A DNA stretch of 64,000 bases, taken from Candidatus Atelocyanobacterium thalassae. GTDB taxonomy: Bacteria; Cyanobacteriota; Cyanobacteriia; Cyanobacteriales; Microcystaceae. This document shows, one piece after another, positions 22,632 to 33,500 of this stretch. The DNA lies in the NCBI GenBank assembly GCA_051971635.1, contig JBFPLN010000006.1, forward strand, positions 64,001 to 128,000, read 5' to 3'. A program made the translations under genes and the position numbers. How positions within the stretch are numbered: position 1 is the stretch's first letter; each line of letters begins with the position of its first letter. The notes under the pieces are model-generated. The model ran no database searches. It was given only the letters and a program-made list of their open reading frames with translations, and had not been told where the DNA came from.

Positions 22632-25109
22632 TTAAGAGTCAGAAACTGGAGTTAGGATAGAATCTAGCTGTTCATCTTCTGCAACAATGACTTTAACTTG
22701 TCCTTGTTCATCAATATCTACTTCCGCGACATCTCCTCCTCTAACTTTTCCTGAGAGAATTTCTTCTGCCAAGATGTCTTCAAGAAGACGCATAATGGCA
22801 CGTCGTAATGGTCTTGCACCATAAGAAGGGTTATAACCTTCTTCAACTAAACGTTCTTTAAATTTATCAGTAACCTGGAGTGTAATTTCTTTTTCTGTTA
22901 AGCGAGCAAACACCTCCTTGAGAAGAATCTCAGAAATTTCTTTAACTTCTTCTTTATTTAGTTGGCGGAAAACAATAATCTCATCTAGTCTATTCAGAAA
23001 TTCAGGGCGGAAATATTCTTTTAATTCTTCATTAACTAAAGAACGAATCCTGTTATATTGCGCATCTTCTTGGTTATTTTCAAACTCAAAACCTAACCCA
23101 CCACCACCTTTTTCTATAACTTTTGACCCTATATTAGAAGTCATAATTAACAAAGTATTTTTAAAGTCTACTGTGCGCCCTTTGGCATCAGTTAATCGAC
23201 CATCTTCCAATATTTGTAATAACATATTGAAGATATCTGGATGTGCTTTCTCAATTTCATCAAATAGAATTACCGTATAAGGACGACGACGTACCGCTTC
23301 TGTTAATTGTCCTCCCTCATTATAGCCGACATATCCAGGTGGAGAACCGATAAGCTTAGATACAGTATGACGTTCCATATATTCAGACATATCCAAACGA
23401 ACCATTGCATCTTCTGAACCAAAGAAGTAAGTTGCTAATGCCTTGGTGAGCTCAGTTTTCCCGACACCTGTAGGACCAGAAAAAATAAAACTAGCAATAG
23501 GACGATTAGGATTTTTCAAACCAACTCTGGCACGACGTATAGCTTTTGAAACAGCTTTAACAGCATCTTCTTGACCAATAAGTCTCTGATGTAAAGTTGT
23601 TTCCATATTTAAAAGTTTTTCAGATTCAGTCTCTGTAAGCTTATTTACAGGTACTCCTGTCCAAGAAGCAACAATATGAGCTATTTCTTCTGAATCTACA
23701 AAAGGTTCGTCATTTTCTCCTTCTCCTTTTTTTGTAGAAGAAATTGAACGAATTTTTGACTTAATCTCCATTTCTTGATCTCGTAGTTGTCCTGCACGAT
23801 TAAAATCTTGCGAACGAACTGCATCATCTTTCTGTTTTAAAATAGTACGTAATTCCTTATCTAACTCTTTAGCTTCAGGAGGAAGTTGAGAGTTAATTAA
23901 ACGTACCCTAGAACCTGCTTCATCTATGAGGTCAATGGCTTTATCTGGAAGAAAACGATCAGAAATATAACGATCTGATAACTTAGCAGCTGCTTCCAAT
24001 GCTTCATCCAAAATTTTGAGCTTATGATGTTGCTCATACCGCTCTCTTAAACCATAAAGAATTTGGATGGTCTCTTCTACAGTTGGTTCTCCAACCATTA
24101 CTGGCTGAAAACGTCTTTCTAGAGCAGCATCTTTTTCAATATGTTTGCGATATTCATCAAGAGTAGTAGCTCCAATACATTGAAGCTCTCCTCTCGCCAA
24201 AGCTGGCTTAAGAATATTAGCTGCATCAATAGCTCCTTCAGCGGCACCAGCGCCAATAAGAGTGTGAACCTCGTCTATAACCAGAATTATATTTTCCGTT
24301 TGGCGGATTTCTTCCATGATTTTTTTGAGGCGTTCTTCAAACTCTCCGCGATACTTTGTTCCTGCAACTAACAAACCTATATCAAGAGTTACAACTCTTT
24401 TATCTTCAAGAATATCAGGAATATCTTGATCAGCAATACGTTGGGCAAGACCTTCAGCAATTGCTGTTTTACCAACACCAGGTTCTCCAATAAGAACTGG
24501 ATTGTTTTTAGTACGACGACCAAGAATTTGAATCACTCGTTCAATTTCTTTTTGTCTACCAACAACTGGATCGAGCTGTCCATCTGTAGCTAATTGAGTC
24601 AAATTAGAGCCAAATTCATCGAGAGTAGGAGTTTTAGTCCTACCAGGTGCTACTCCTCCCGCAGCGACTTCTGCAGTCTCTCCTAATTGACGAATAACTT
24701 GGGTTCTTACTTTAGAAAGATCTACACCAAGATTTTCGAGGACTCTTGCTGCGACTCCTTCTCCTTCTCTAATTAGTCCTAATAGAAGATGTTCTGTTCC
24801 AATGTAATTGTGTCCTAGTTGTCTAGCTTCCTCTAAAGAAAGTTCCAGAACTCTTTTTGCCCTTGGGGTAAAAGGAATTTCAACAGCTACGAAACCTGAA
24901 CCTCGTCCAATAATTTTCTCAACTTCAATACGAGCATCTTTAAGATTAACTCCCATGGATTTAAGAACTTTGGCTGCAACTCCGGTTCCCTCACCGATTA
25001 GCCCTAGAAGAATTTGTTCTGTCCCGACAAAATTATGCCCAAGACGACGAGCTTCCTCTTGGGCAAGCATAATTACCTTAATAGCTTTCTCTGTAAAGCG
25101 TTCAAACAT
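22632..25109 (-). CDS. clpC: ATP-dependent Clp protease ATPase subunit ClpC
   Basis: [32 protein letters not shown]; two AAA modules ([16 protein letters not shown]); LGF ClpP-docking loop. Confidence 0.98.
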   Translation of the reverse strand: MFERFTEKAIKVIMLAQEEARRLGHNFVGTEQILLGLIGEGTGVAAKVLKSMGVNLKDARIEVEKIIGRGSGFVAVEIPFTPRAKRVLELSLEEARQLGHNYIGTEHLLLGLIREGEGVAARVLENLGVDLSKVRTQVIRQLGETAEVAAGGVAPGRTKTPTLDEFGSNLTQLATDGQLDPVVGRQKEIERVIQILGRRTKNNPVLIGEPGVGKTAIAEGLAQRIADQDIPDILEDKRVVTLDIGLLVAGTKYRGEFEERLKKIMEEIRQTENIILVIDEVHTLIGAGAAEGAIDAANILKPALARGELQCIGATTLDEYRKHIEKDAALERRFQPVMVGEPTVEETIQILYGLRERYEQHHKLKILDEALEAAAKLSDRYISDRFLPDKAIDLIDEAGSRVRLINSQLPPEAKELDKELRTILKQKDDAVRSQDFNRAGQLRDQEMEIKSKIRSISSTKKGEGENDEPFVDSEEIAHIVASWTGVPVNKLTETESEKLLNMETTLHQRLIGQEDAVKAVSKAIRRARVGLKNPNRPIASFIFSGPTGVGKTELTKALATYFFGSEDAMVRLDMSEYMERHTVSKLIGSPPGYVGYNEGGQLTEAVRRRPYTVILFDEIEKAHPDIFNMLLQILEDGRLTDAKGRTVDFKNTLLIMTSNIGSKVIEKGGGGLGFEFENNQEDAQYNRIRSLVNEELKEYFRPEFLNRLDEIIVFRQLNKEEVKEISEILLKEVFARLTEKEITLQVTDKFKERLVEEGYNPSYGARPLRRAIMRLLEDILAEEILSGKVRGGDVAEVDIDEQGQVKVIVAEDEQLDSILTPVSDS

Positions 25110-25148
25110 TTTATTTGTCCACCATCTGCTGCTTTCCCTTGTAAGCTG

Positions 25149-25159
25149 ATCTTAGCACA
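25149..25159 (-). promoter_or_regulatory. Putative extended -10 promoter of clpC (TGTG-C-TAAGAT)
   Basis: Minus strand reads TGTGCTAAGAT about 40 nt upstream of the start codon. Confidence 0.45.
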
Positions 25160-25635
25160 GCTTTTTATCTCTACTGTTCATATATGAACTTAGAGTATGA
25201 CTGTTAAAAGAATTTTATATTCTTCTTTAATGCTATTAGCCTTTCTATGATTACAGTGTAGAGTTTAATCATATTTTAACTAAATTCTATATTTTATATT
25301 TATTTAATTAAAGTATTACGTAAATCTAAGTTTAGTACATACTTTTATGTATTAGCACTAGAAATAGTCTAGAAAAAATTTCAAGCAATTTTATTAAATA
25401 CTTCTCTAAAAATAATTTTATATTTTATCTACTAAAGCCAGGTTAAAGGTTAAACAAATAATAAATCAAAATTTAGTAATGATTAGTTATTACTAAGAAC
25501 AATTAAGTTCTACTAATTTAAAACAAGACTTTGTCAACTAGTGTAAGGCTTCCTCATGAATCTATAAGGCATAAAGTCAATTGATTTAGAGCGTTAATGT
25601 TTTTTTGTTTTTAAACTAAGCTAGAAAATATACTA

Positions 25636-26553
25636 TTAAAGATAATTAATCTTTGTCCCATGATTATCTATAGACAATAGTTTCACTTCTGAAGTTACTG
25701 CCTGCTTTAACCATGCTTCTTTTACTGCACATTCAATATTACTAGTATTTTCAAAATTAGTTAAAACTAATAAGGTGGGACCAGCGCCACTAATTACCAC
25801 ACCATATGCTCCAGCCTTAATAGCAGCTTCTCTAACAGATTCATAACCTTTAATTAGATGTTGACGATATGGTTGATGAAGTCTATCGTGTAACGCGCTA
25901 GATAGCCACCTTCCATTACCTGTTTCCAGAGATTTAATCAGTAATCCCATATGGGCAATATTAAAAACTACATCATGCATGAATACTGTTTTCGGTATAA
26001 CAGATCTTGCTTTTTCAGTTAATAGTTCAAAATCAGGGATGGCGATAAGAGGTACAACAGAAGAATGCCAATTAAGTGGATATATTCCCCAGTTAATACC
26101 TTCTCTAATAGATAATTGGCACTTGCCAAATAAAGCAGGTACAACATTGTCAGGATGACCTTCCAGTTTTATAGCTAAATTCATTAGCTCAAATTTTGAC
26201 AAGGGTTGGCCTGTTAATTCGTTAGCTCCAATTAAGCCACCTATAATTGCTGTAGCAGAGCTTCCTAAACCTCTAGACAAAGGTATTCCTAATTTAATCC
26301 CGATCGAAACTCTTGGTGGAGTTTCTCCTATGTGGTTGTATAAATATGTAAATGCTTTATAAACTAAATTGTTATGATCACGTTTAACCTTATTAGCTTC
26401 TTTTCCTATTACATTAATATTTAGTTGAGATTTGTTTTTTCCCTGTTTAGTAAAATAGAACTGATTATACATAGTTAGAGCAGAACCTATGCAATCAAAT
26501 GCCGGACCTATATTTGCTGTGGTTGCGGGAACAATGACATTGACTGTAGACAT
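25636..26553 (-). CDS. thrB: Homoserine kinase; start moved to ATG at 26553
   Basis: VPATTANIGPAFD, PLSRGLGSSATA, EGHPDNV and ISGAGPT (GHMP family). Confidence 0.94.
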   Translation of the reverse strand: MSTVNVIVPATTANIGPAFDCIGSALTMYNQFYFTKQGKNKSQLNINVIGKEANKVKRDHNNLVYKAFTYLYNHIGETPPRVSIGIKLGIPLSRGLGSSATAIIGGLIGANELTGQPLSKFELMNLAIKLEGHPDNVVPALFGKCQLSIREGINWGIYPLNWHSSVVPLIAIPDFELLTEKARSVIPKTVFMHDVVFNIAHMGLLIKSLETGNGRWLSSALHDRLHQPYRQHLIKGYESVREAAIKAGAYGVVISGAGPTLLVLTNFENTSNIECAVKEAWLKQAVTSEVKLLSIDNHGTKINYL

Positions 26554-26691
26554 AGTAAACTTATCGTATAAAAGTTTCTGTATAACTAGTTTTCCTTTTA
26601 TGTATTTGGCATACACAATATTGAGTATATGTAATCTAAAAAATAAAAAACTAATAATGTTAATTATTTTAATGGTTTTCCGAAGCTAGAA

Positions 26692-26733
26692 AAAGAAATT
26701 AATCCATAACTCTTAGTCAAGATTAATTTCTTT
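26692..26733 (-). terminator. Hairpin downstream of prfB
   Basis: 13-bp perfect arms AAAGAAATTAATC / GATTAATTTCTTT. Confidence 0.55.
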
Positions 26734-26758
26734 AATTCAAAAACTATTTTATTTATAG

Positions 26759-27878
26759 TCAGGGCTGGGTATTTGCTGAATTTGTATAACGTAAATAAGC
26801 TTCTATAAATAAATTTAAATCACCGTCCATCACATCATTGATATTGGTAGTTTCTACATTTGTTCTTAGGTCTTTGACCATTTGGTATGGATGAAATACA
26901 TAACTACGAATTTGAGTCCCCCAAGCGGCTTCAACTATATCACCTCTTATTTCGGCAATTTTTTGAGCTCTTTGTTCTTGAGCAATAATTAATAGCTTTG
27001 CTTTTAACAAAACAAGGGCTTTTTCTTTATTTTGTAATTGAGAGCGTTCTTGCGTACATCGAACAGCAATACCAGTTGGTATATGAACAATACGAACAGC
27101 CGTTTCTACCTTGTTAACATTTTGTCCACCTTTACCACCAGAACGTGTAGTTGTGATTTCTAATTCTTTATCAGGAATCTCTATTTTTATATCGTCTCCT
27201 TCTAACTTTGGCATTACTTCAATGCCAGTAAAGCTTGTTTGGCGTTTTCCATTAGCGTTAAAAGGAGAAATTCTTACTAACCTATGTGTTCCTTTCTCTC
27301 CCTTTAAATATCCAAAAGCATAACAACCTTCAATTTCTAATGTAGCAGACTTAATTCCGGCTTCATCCCCATCAGAAATTTCAACCAAATTAACTTTATA
27401 GCCCTGATTTTCTCCCCATCTTCTATACATTCTTAGCAACATTTCTGACCAATCTTGAGCATCTGTTCCACCAACTCCTGTATTAATATTTAGGATAGCT
27501 CCTTTAATATCATAAGTTCCTGACAAAAGTTGTTGCAAATCCCAGCTATCTAAATTTCGCTTTAATTGCGTAATATTATTCTGTGCTTCCTCTAGTAGAG
27601 ATTCATCATAATCTAATGTTAGCAAGTCTACAATAAGTTTAGTATCTTCTAGCTGATCGCACCACTGATTATATTGTTCTAATTGTGATTTAAAGCCACT
27701 AAGTTCTTGTGAAACTTTTTGTGCTGTTTCCGGACTGTCCCAAAAGGTAGGCTGTACTGTCGTGTTCTCTAAACTCTTAATATTAGCCCTTAAAGCTGGT
27801 AAGTCAAAGATATTCCTGAGTTTTCCCCAGGTGTATACTCAAAAGTTCAACGTTTTTTCTCAATTCTGTAATTTCCAT
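26759..27878 (-). CDS. prfB: Peptide chain release factor 2, expressed through a +1 programmed frameshift (about 372 aa)
   Basis: ORF1 from ATG 27878 is [28 protein letters not shown]; CTT TGA C lies at 27809-27803; the +1 frame continues DLPALRANI...[10 protein letters not shown] into SPF and GGQ motifs. Confidence 0.95.
27803..27818 (-). other. RF2 autoregulatory frameshift cassette
   Basis: Minus strand reads CAGGAA-TAT-CTT-TGA-C: internal SD-like element plus slippery CUU UGA C. Confidence 0.9.
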
Positions 27879-28184
27879 ATATTTAACTTTTAAAGATTTA
27901 ATTTATTATGTACGTTTTTCTATGCGATTTACACATTAATATTTGAATACAGATATCTAGGTAAATTTAAATATTTGTCAAGTATCTAGTATAGATATCT
28001 TATATAAGTTAGTCTGAAGTTTCGTTTATAAATATTTTTACAGATAAATTAGCTTATAAAATTTTATTTACAGAAAAAACCTAAAAGAAACCTCTGATAT
28101 GAAATTTACAAGATATTTATATAAAAGGCTATGGTTTATAAATATCTATTTATTTAAGCTAATAATATAATTTTTTAATCTAAT

Positions 28185-28224
28185 AAAACATAAAAACTAT
28201 TTATACACTTAGTTTTTATGTTTT
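28185..28224 (-). terminator. Hairpin downstream of the AgcS transporter gene
   Basis: 15-bp perfect arms AAAACATAAAAACTA / TAGTTTTTATGTTTT. Confidence 0.65.
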
Positions 28225-28237
28225 TCATTCCTTAGTA

Positions 28238-29755
28238 TCAGACTATAATTGTTTTTTGCCAATATTTTTTCAATTCTTTCGCTACTTTATTCGATAAAAG
28301 AATACACCCTAAAATATTAGGTATGGCTAATGTCAATAACATCATATCACTGAAATCTAATACGGCTCCTAAATTTACTACTGAACCAATAAAAATACAA
28401 AATAAGAAGACTATTTTAAAAATGATAGAATTTGATTTGCCAAATATATAAATCCAACATTGTTCACCATAATAACACCAAGTAATCATTGTTGAAAATC
28501 CAAACATACACATAATACTTGCTAATACTACAGGAGACCATTGAATAACTTGAGCAAAAGCTGTCATAACTAATATGGAACCGTTGATACCGTTTCCTAC
28601 TGTTGTCCAATAAACCTGAGTCGTGGCAATTACTAAAGCTGTTAGATTACAGATAACAACTGTATCAAGGAAAGGTTCAAGAATTGAAACAATACCTTCT
28701 TGTATAGGCTCTTTTGTTTTTGCAACAGCATGGGCAATTGCAGCAGACCCCAAACCAGCACCATTTGAAAAAACGCTACGTCGTATTCCTTGAATTATGA
28801 TACCAACCAAACCTCCTTCCATTCCCCTAGAGGAAAAAGCCTCTGTAAAAATAGAAGCAAAAGCATGGGGTATTGCGGTGAAATTAGTTTTCAGGATCCA
28901 TAGGCATCCCAGTATATAAATAACTGACATTAAAGGCACTAATCTACTAGTAATAACTCCTATACGACTAACACCACCAATGATAACTAAACCTACGAGA
29001 AAAGCGAGTACTAGACCGACAGCCCAATCATAAGATTGTAAGGCAGGAAAAACGACAGCTAAAGCCATAAATGATTGATTGACTTGGAACATATTTCCTC
29101 CTCCTATCGCTGCACCTATGCCGGCAAAACAGTAAGCTATAGCTAATATTTTACCTAACTTTTCTTTTCCTATTTCTTTCAATCCTTTAGAAAGATAATA
29201 CATTGGACCACCAACAGTAGTTCCATCTAGACCTATAGTTCTATATTGAGATCCTAAAGTACACTCTACAAATTTACTGGACATTCCAAAGATCCCAGCC
29301 AATGTCATCCAAAAGACTGTACCTGTGCCTCCTAGTTGAATAGCGATAGCTACCCCTGAAATATTACCTAGTCCTATACTTGCTGACAAAGCTGTTGTCA
29401 AAGCTTGAAAAGAAGATATCTCTCCTTGAACCTCATTTTCAGAATCAATTTCATCAGGATAGTCTACATTTTCTACTAGTTGAGATTTCGACTTTTGATT
29501 TTTATAGAAACTAATATTTTTTTTAGAAGATGTAGGTTTTTTATAATGGCTTTTATGTTGACTGTAGACTATCTTTAAAGCTTGTTTGAAGCCAACAATA
29601 TTAATAAAGCCCATTCTTAATGTAAAAAAAATACCTCCCATTAATATCCAAAATATTATTACGGGAAAATGAGCAATCTCAAAAAAGAGTATTTGTTTAA
29701 TAAAAGTAACTAGGTTCGAAAAAAAATAATCAATATTATAAAGGAAATGATTCAC
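28238..29755 (-). CDS. Alanine/glycine:cation symporter (AgcS family), GTG start
   Basis: ISSFQALTTALSASIGLGNISGVAIAI, GGPMYY, RRSVFSNGAGLGSAAIAHA and EPFLDTVVIC. Confidence 0.92.
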   Translation of the reverse strand: MNHFLYNIDYFFSNLVTFIKQILFFEIAHFPVIIFWILMGGIFFTLRMGFINIVGFKQALKIVYSQHKSHYKKPTSSKKNISFYKNQKSKSQLVENVDYPDEIDSENEVQGEISSFQALTTALSASIGLGNISGVAIAIQLGGTGTVFWMTLAGIFGMSSKFVECTLGSQYRTIGLDGTTVGGPMYYLSKGLKEIGKEKLGKILAIAYCFAGIGAAIGGGNMFQVNQSFMALAVVFPALQSYDWAVGLVLAFLVGLVIIGGVSRIGVITSRLVPLMSVIYILGCLWILKTNFTAIPHAFASIFTEAFSSRGMEGGLVGIIIQGIRRSVFSNGAGLGSAAIAHAVAKTKEPIQEGIVSILEPFLDTVVICNLTALVIATTQVYWTTVGNGINGSILVMTAFAQVIQWSPVVLASIMCMFGFSTMITWCYYGEQCWIYIFGKSNSIIFKIVFLFCIFIGSVVNLGAVLDFSDMMLLTLAIPNILGCILLSNKVAKELKKYWQKTIIV

Positions 29756-29759
29756 AGAT

Positions 29760-30380
29760 CTAATGTAAAAAGCTACTACTTAGCCAAAAAATAAAAAATA
29801 CAATAATACTAACAAGAGATTGACTAAATTCTCTTGTAGTGTTGGGATCATAAAATAGTTGAATAATGCTTCCCCCAATAATCATTCCTAAGCTCAACAT
29901 AGTTAAAGTGATTAGTAAAGCACGATTAAATTTATTTTCCTTTTTATTTAGAAAATAAATATTAACAAAAACTCCTAATGCTAAGAAAAGTGGAGTTAGA
30001 GAAGACTGAGGACGCAAAAATCCTACTAAAAGTGATAGAGCAAGAAATATTCCTGTCTTCAATAAGATATCATTAAAAGACGGAATATCAATAAATTGTT
30101 GAACCCAATGAAATATATTTTTAACATTAGAGACTAGAAAGTTAGAACTAACTTCTCTTTGATGCTCAGCAAATCGAATATTATCAGGTACATTAACTTT
30201 CCCTTCTTGACGGAGCTTCAATCGCTCCATGACAATAGCATCGTAAGCAGATTCAATACTTTCTATAGTTTCAAAACTATCACTATGCTTCTGGCTTAAA
30301 TGATCTTTTGCTTTTTGAATTTCTTCAAAAGGGGCTGTTTCGGAAACACCTAACTTTTCATAGGGAGTTTTTTCACTCAT
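29760..30380 (-). CDS. CPP1-like protein (chaperone-like protein of POR1, DUF3353)
   Basis: PYEKLGVSETAPFEEIQKA...IESAYDAIVMERLKLRQEGKVNVPDNIRFAE J-like N-terminus; C-terminal TM helices ending LSSSFLH. Confidence 0.8.
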   Translation of the reverse strand: MSEKTPYEKLGVSETAPFEEIQKAKDHLSQKHSDSFETIESIESAYDAIVMERLKLRQEGKVNVPDNIRFAEHQREVSSNFLVSNVKNIFHWVQQFIDIPSFNDILLKTGIFLALSLLVGFLRPQSSLTPLFLALGVFVNIYFLNKKENKFNRALLITLTMLSLGMIIGGSIIQLFYDPNTTREFSQSLVSIIVFFIFWLSSSFLH

Positions 30381-30595
30381 CTGATATTTTCTTCCATATC
30401 TTCTTACTCATATTACCTAAATAAACAGGTTTTCTAACTTACTTTTTTTAGGAAATTAACTTTAATCAAGAATTTTTAGCCGTTAAAGTGACTCAAATAC
30501 AAACAATTTTCTCTTTGAGCTTTAGATTTGAAAGTTTTGGAGATATAGCCAAAGAAAATTTTCTTAGCTAAAAATAATATTACAAAATCTAAGTA

Positions 30596-30868
30596 TTAAG
30601 AGTTATGAATACTTGACTTATCAACATTTGATTGGGGAGAAGCATCTTTTTTATTATCCTCAAGTTCAGCATTCATGCTTAGAGAATCTTGGAGATGCTG
30701 AGTTTCACGCTTAAACTCATCTTCAAACTCTTTTGAAGCATCTTGAAATCCTTTAACAGCCTTACCTAAACTACGACCAATTTCAGGTAATTTCTTAGGA
30801 CCAAATACTAATAAGCTGATAATTAAAATCAACGCCATTTCTGGTAATCCAATACCAAAGATATTCAT
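30596..30868 (-). CDS. tatA: Twin-arginine translocase TatA/E subunit
   Basis: FGIGLPEMALI...FGPKKLPEIGRSLGK; strong AAGGAGG RBS. Confidence 0.92.
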   Translation of the reverse strand: MNIFGIGLPEMALILIISLLVFGPKKLPEIGRSLGKAVKGFQDASKEFEDEFKRETQHLQDSLSMNAELEDNKKDASPQSNVDKSSIHNS

Positions 30869-31276
30869 AATTTCCTCCTTAAAATCAAAATCTACTTTCT
30901 ATTCTATACGTACATTCAACCAAAACTGATACTTAGTAAATAAAAAAAATTAGGTCTTCTTAAGAATAAATAACTTTTCTATTAATATTTATGTATCGAT
31001 ATCTAGATACGATTAATCTTGTCTACTCCAATAAAGAATATTCATGATTATATGATTACCATTGTAAGTGTATTTATAATAGCTATCAACATAGATTTAT
31101 ATGAGAATATACTAAGTTTGCTAAGTTGATTTTAGAAAATTTTATTGTAATCTTTGTATTTTTATATCTTATAATCACTTAATAGCAATTAAAATGAATT
31201 AAGCAATTAAAATATAAAAATATTGCTTTTGATGATTGTATATAATTATAGAGCTAAGTCAAATTTTTAAGTAAAA

Positions 31277-33052
31277 TTATTTATATAATTGAAAAGCTTT
31301 GTGAACTGCATTCAAAGCTTTTGTCCCCATGTCTTTTGGAACAACACAACTAATCTTAATTTCTGAAGTTGCAATCATTTTAATATTAATATTTTCTGCT
31401 GCTAATGCTTCAAAAAATTGAGCTGCTATCCCAGGCTTTTCTACCATACCTGCACCAACAATACTTACTTTTGCAATATTTTCATCTATTAATATTTCAT
31501 CAAAACCATCTGATAATTCTTTAAGTACTGAATGGGCAAGTTTGGAATTTTCTTGAGCTATAGTAAATGCCATATCACGTGTAGGCTCTCCAGAGAAAAT
31601 ACGACAGCGTTGAGATTGAATAATAGTATCTACACTGATATTGTTTTTTGCCAATATTCCAAAAATATTAGCTGCCATCCCAGGTTTATCTTTTACACGT
31701 CGAATTGCAATCTGAACCAGCTTTGTATCTAGAGCAACTCCTCTAACAGGTGGGATGATAGCAATAGTAGATAAGGTATTTACCGTAGGTGAAAATTCTA
31801 TTTCGAATGCTTTTGATAATGCTTGCATTGCATGCCAACTATCACTCTGTGCGATAACACAACTTACTTTAACTTCTGAAGTTGCAATCATCTCAATATT
31901 AATATCTTCCTCAGCAAGAGTTTCGAACATTTTTGCAGCGATACCAGGACGACCAATCATCCCCGCTCCTGCGATCGCAATTTTAGCTACTCGTTTTTCT
32001 ACAATAACTTCAACGTCTTGAGAATAGCTAGAACTAGTGCAAAAAGTTGAAGCAATTGCATAGGTAACTGATTCAGCTTGTCCTAAAGAGTCTTCTACCA
32101 CTGTGAAAGCTATATCATTGCTGTTGTTTTCATGAATTGATTGAATAATGAGATCTACGCTTACTTTCTGAGAAGCAATTTCTCTTAAAAGATGAGCTGC
32201 AATACCAGGACGATCTGGAACTTTCAAAAGTGCAACTTTTGCTTGGTTTTCATCTAATTCTATTCCATCTACTGCTTTCGTGATTTCCAAACCATTTAAT
32301 GATCTAGATTCTGAAACAGTTGATGTAACAAGTGTTCCAGGATTATCACTCCAACTAGAACGTACAATTAAAGGAAGTCCATAGTTTCGAGCAATTTCTA
32401 CAGCTCTTGGATGTAAAACCTGCGCACCTAAGCTGGCTAGTTCTAACATTTCATCAGAAGTAATTTCTTTAATAAGTTGAGCACTTGTAACTAAACGAGG
32501 ATCAGTTGTAAAAATGCCTGGAACATCTGTATAAATCTCACAACAATTAGCTTTTAACGAGGCAGCTAAAGCTACTGCTGAAGTATCAGAGCCACCACGA
32601 CCAAGAGTTGTTATTTCTAAACTATCACTACAACTAATTCCTTGAAATCCTGCTACAACAACAATTTCGTTTTGATCAAGGTGACGTTCAATCCTATCAT
32701 GCTTAATAGATAAAATTCTCGCATAGCTATGTTCTGCTTCTGTAACAATTCCTACCTGGGCACCAGTTAAAGAAATAGCTTTTTTCCCTAATTTTTGCAG
32801 AGCCATAGTCATTAAAGCTATGGTCACTTGTTCTCCTGTAGATAACAACATATCCATTTCTCTTCGTGAAGGATTAGAAGTTATTTCTTGAGATAGCCTT
32901 ACCAAGGTATCAGTGGTTTTGCCCATTGCAGAGACTACTACAACTATCTTATTGTTCTTATCAGAAGCTTTACAGATACGTTGAGCAACGTTTTGAATAC
33001 GCTCCACAGACCCTACAGAAGTTCCTCCATATTTTTGAACAATTAGAGTCAT
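31277..33052 (-). CDS. lysC: Aspartate kinase (cyanobacterial type with duplicated ACT pairs)
   Basis: VQKYGGTSVG, TTLGRGGSDTSAVALA and YTDVPG; repeated D(R/K)PG and GAGM...IATSE ACT motifs. Confidence 0.95.
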   Translation of the reverse strand: MTLIVQKYGGTSVGSVERIQNVAQRICKASDKNNKIVVVVSAMGKTTDTLVRLSQEITSNPSRREMDMLLSTGEQVTIALMTMALQKLGKKAISLTGAQVGIVTEAEHSYARILSIKHDRIERHLDQNEIVVVAGFQGISCSDSLEITTLGRGGSDTSAVALAASLKANCCEIYTDVPGIFTTDPRLVTSAQLIKEITSDEMLELASLGAQVLHPRAVEIARNYGLPLIVRSSWSDNPGTLVTSTVSESRSLNGLEITKAVDGIELDENQAKVALLKVPDRPGIAAHLLREIASQKVSVDLIIQSIHENNSNDIAFTVVEDSLGQAESVTYAIASTFCTSSSYSQDVEVIVEKRVAKIAIAGAGMIGRPGIAAKMFETLAEEDINIEMIATSEVKVSCVIAQSDSWHAMQALSKAFEIEFSPTVNTLSTIAIIPPVRGVALDTKLVQIAIRRVKDKPGMAANIFGILAKNNISVDTIIQSQRCRIFSGEPTRDMAFTIAQENSKLAHSVLKELSDGFDEILIDENIAKVSIVGAGMVEKPGIAAQFFEALAAENINIKMIATSEIKISCVVPKDMGTKALNAVHKAFQLYK

Positions 33053-33500
33053 AATTCAAATATAAATAATACATCAACTGTTAAATTTAACAAGATCTCA
33101 TAAAGGATAAAGATTATCAACTATATTTCCTTATAATCTAGGAAATATGAATAACTATAAAATACATCTTCTCAGTTAATACAAAATAAAGATAATTTTC
33201 AAAAAATACTCTGATAATTATTATCCAATATCTATAAATTTCTAAAAACTTATGGAATCACATTATTATCTAATACTGATATGCAAAGCTAGGAAATCTT
33301 GAATTATTCCTTAATAGTTACTGCAAATAATTAAGCAATAAAATCTAAGCAGATTTACACAAGGTTAAAATTAAAATGATGGGATAAATGAATTTTAAAG
33401 AATTTTAGAAAGCTTACTATATGCTTTATGAAAATTGTTACAATTTTTACATCAATTGTTGGTCTATCCAAAAAAATAAAATAAATTATTTTAATTATTT

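Noticed and set aside
22918..25149. Plus-strand ORFs inside clpC (22918-23280, 24141-24371, 24808-25149)
   Set aside because: Antisense shadows of a highly conserved gene with no recognisable domains
26759..27878. prfB as a frameshifted pseudogene
   Set aside because: The break is the canonical CUU-UGA-C programmed frameshift
33437..33453. RpaB HLR1 site upstream of shc (GTTACAAT / TTTACATC)
   Set aside because: Repeat period is 9 nt; HLR1 needs 10
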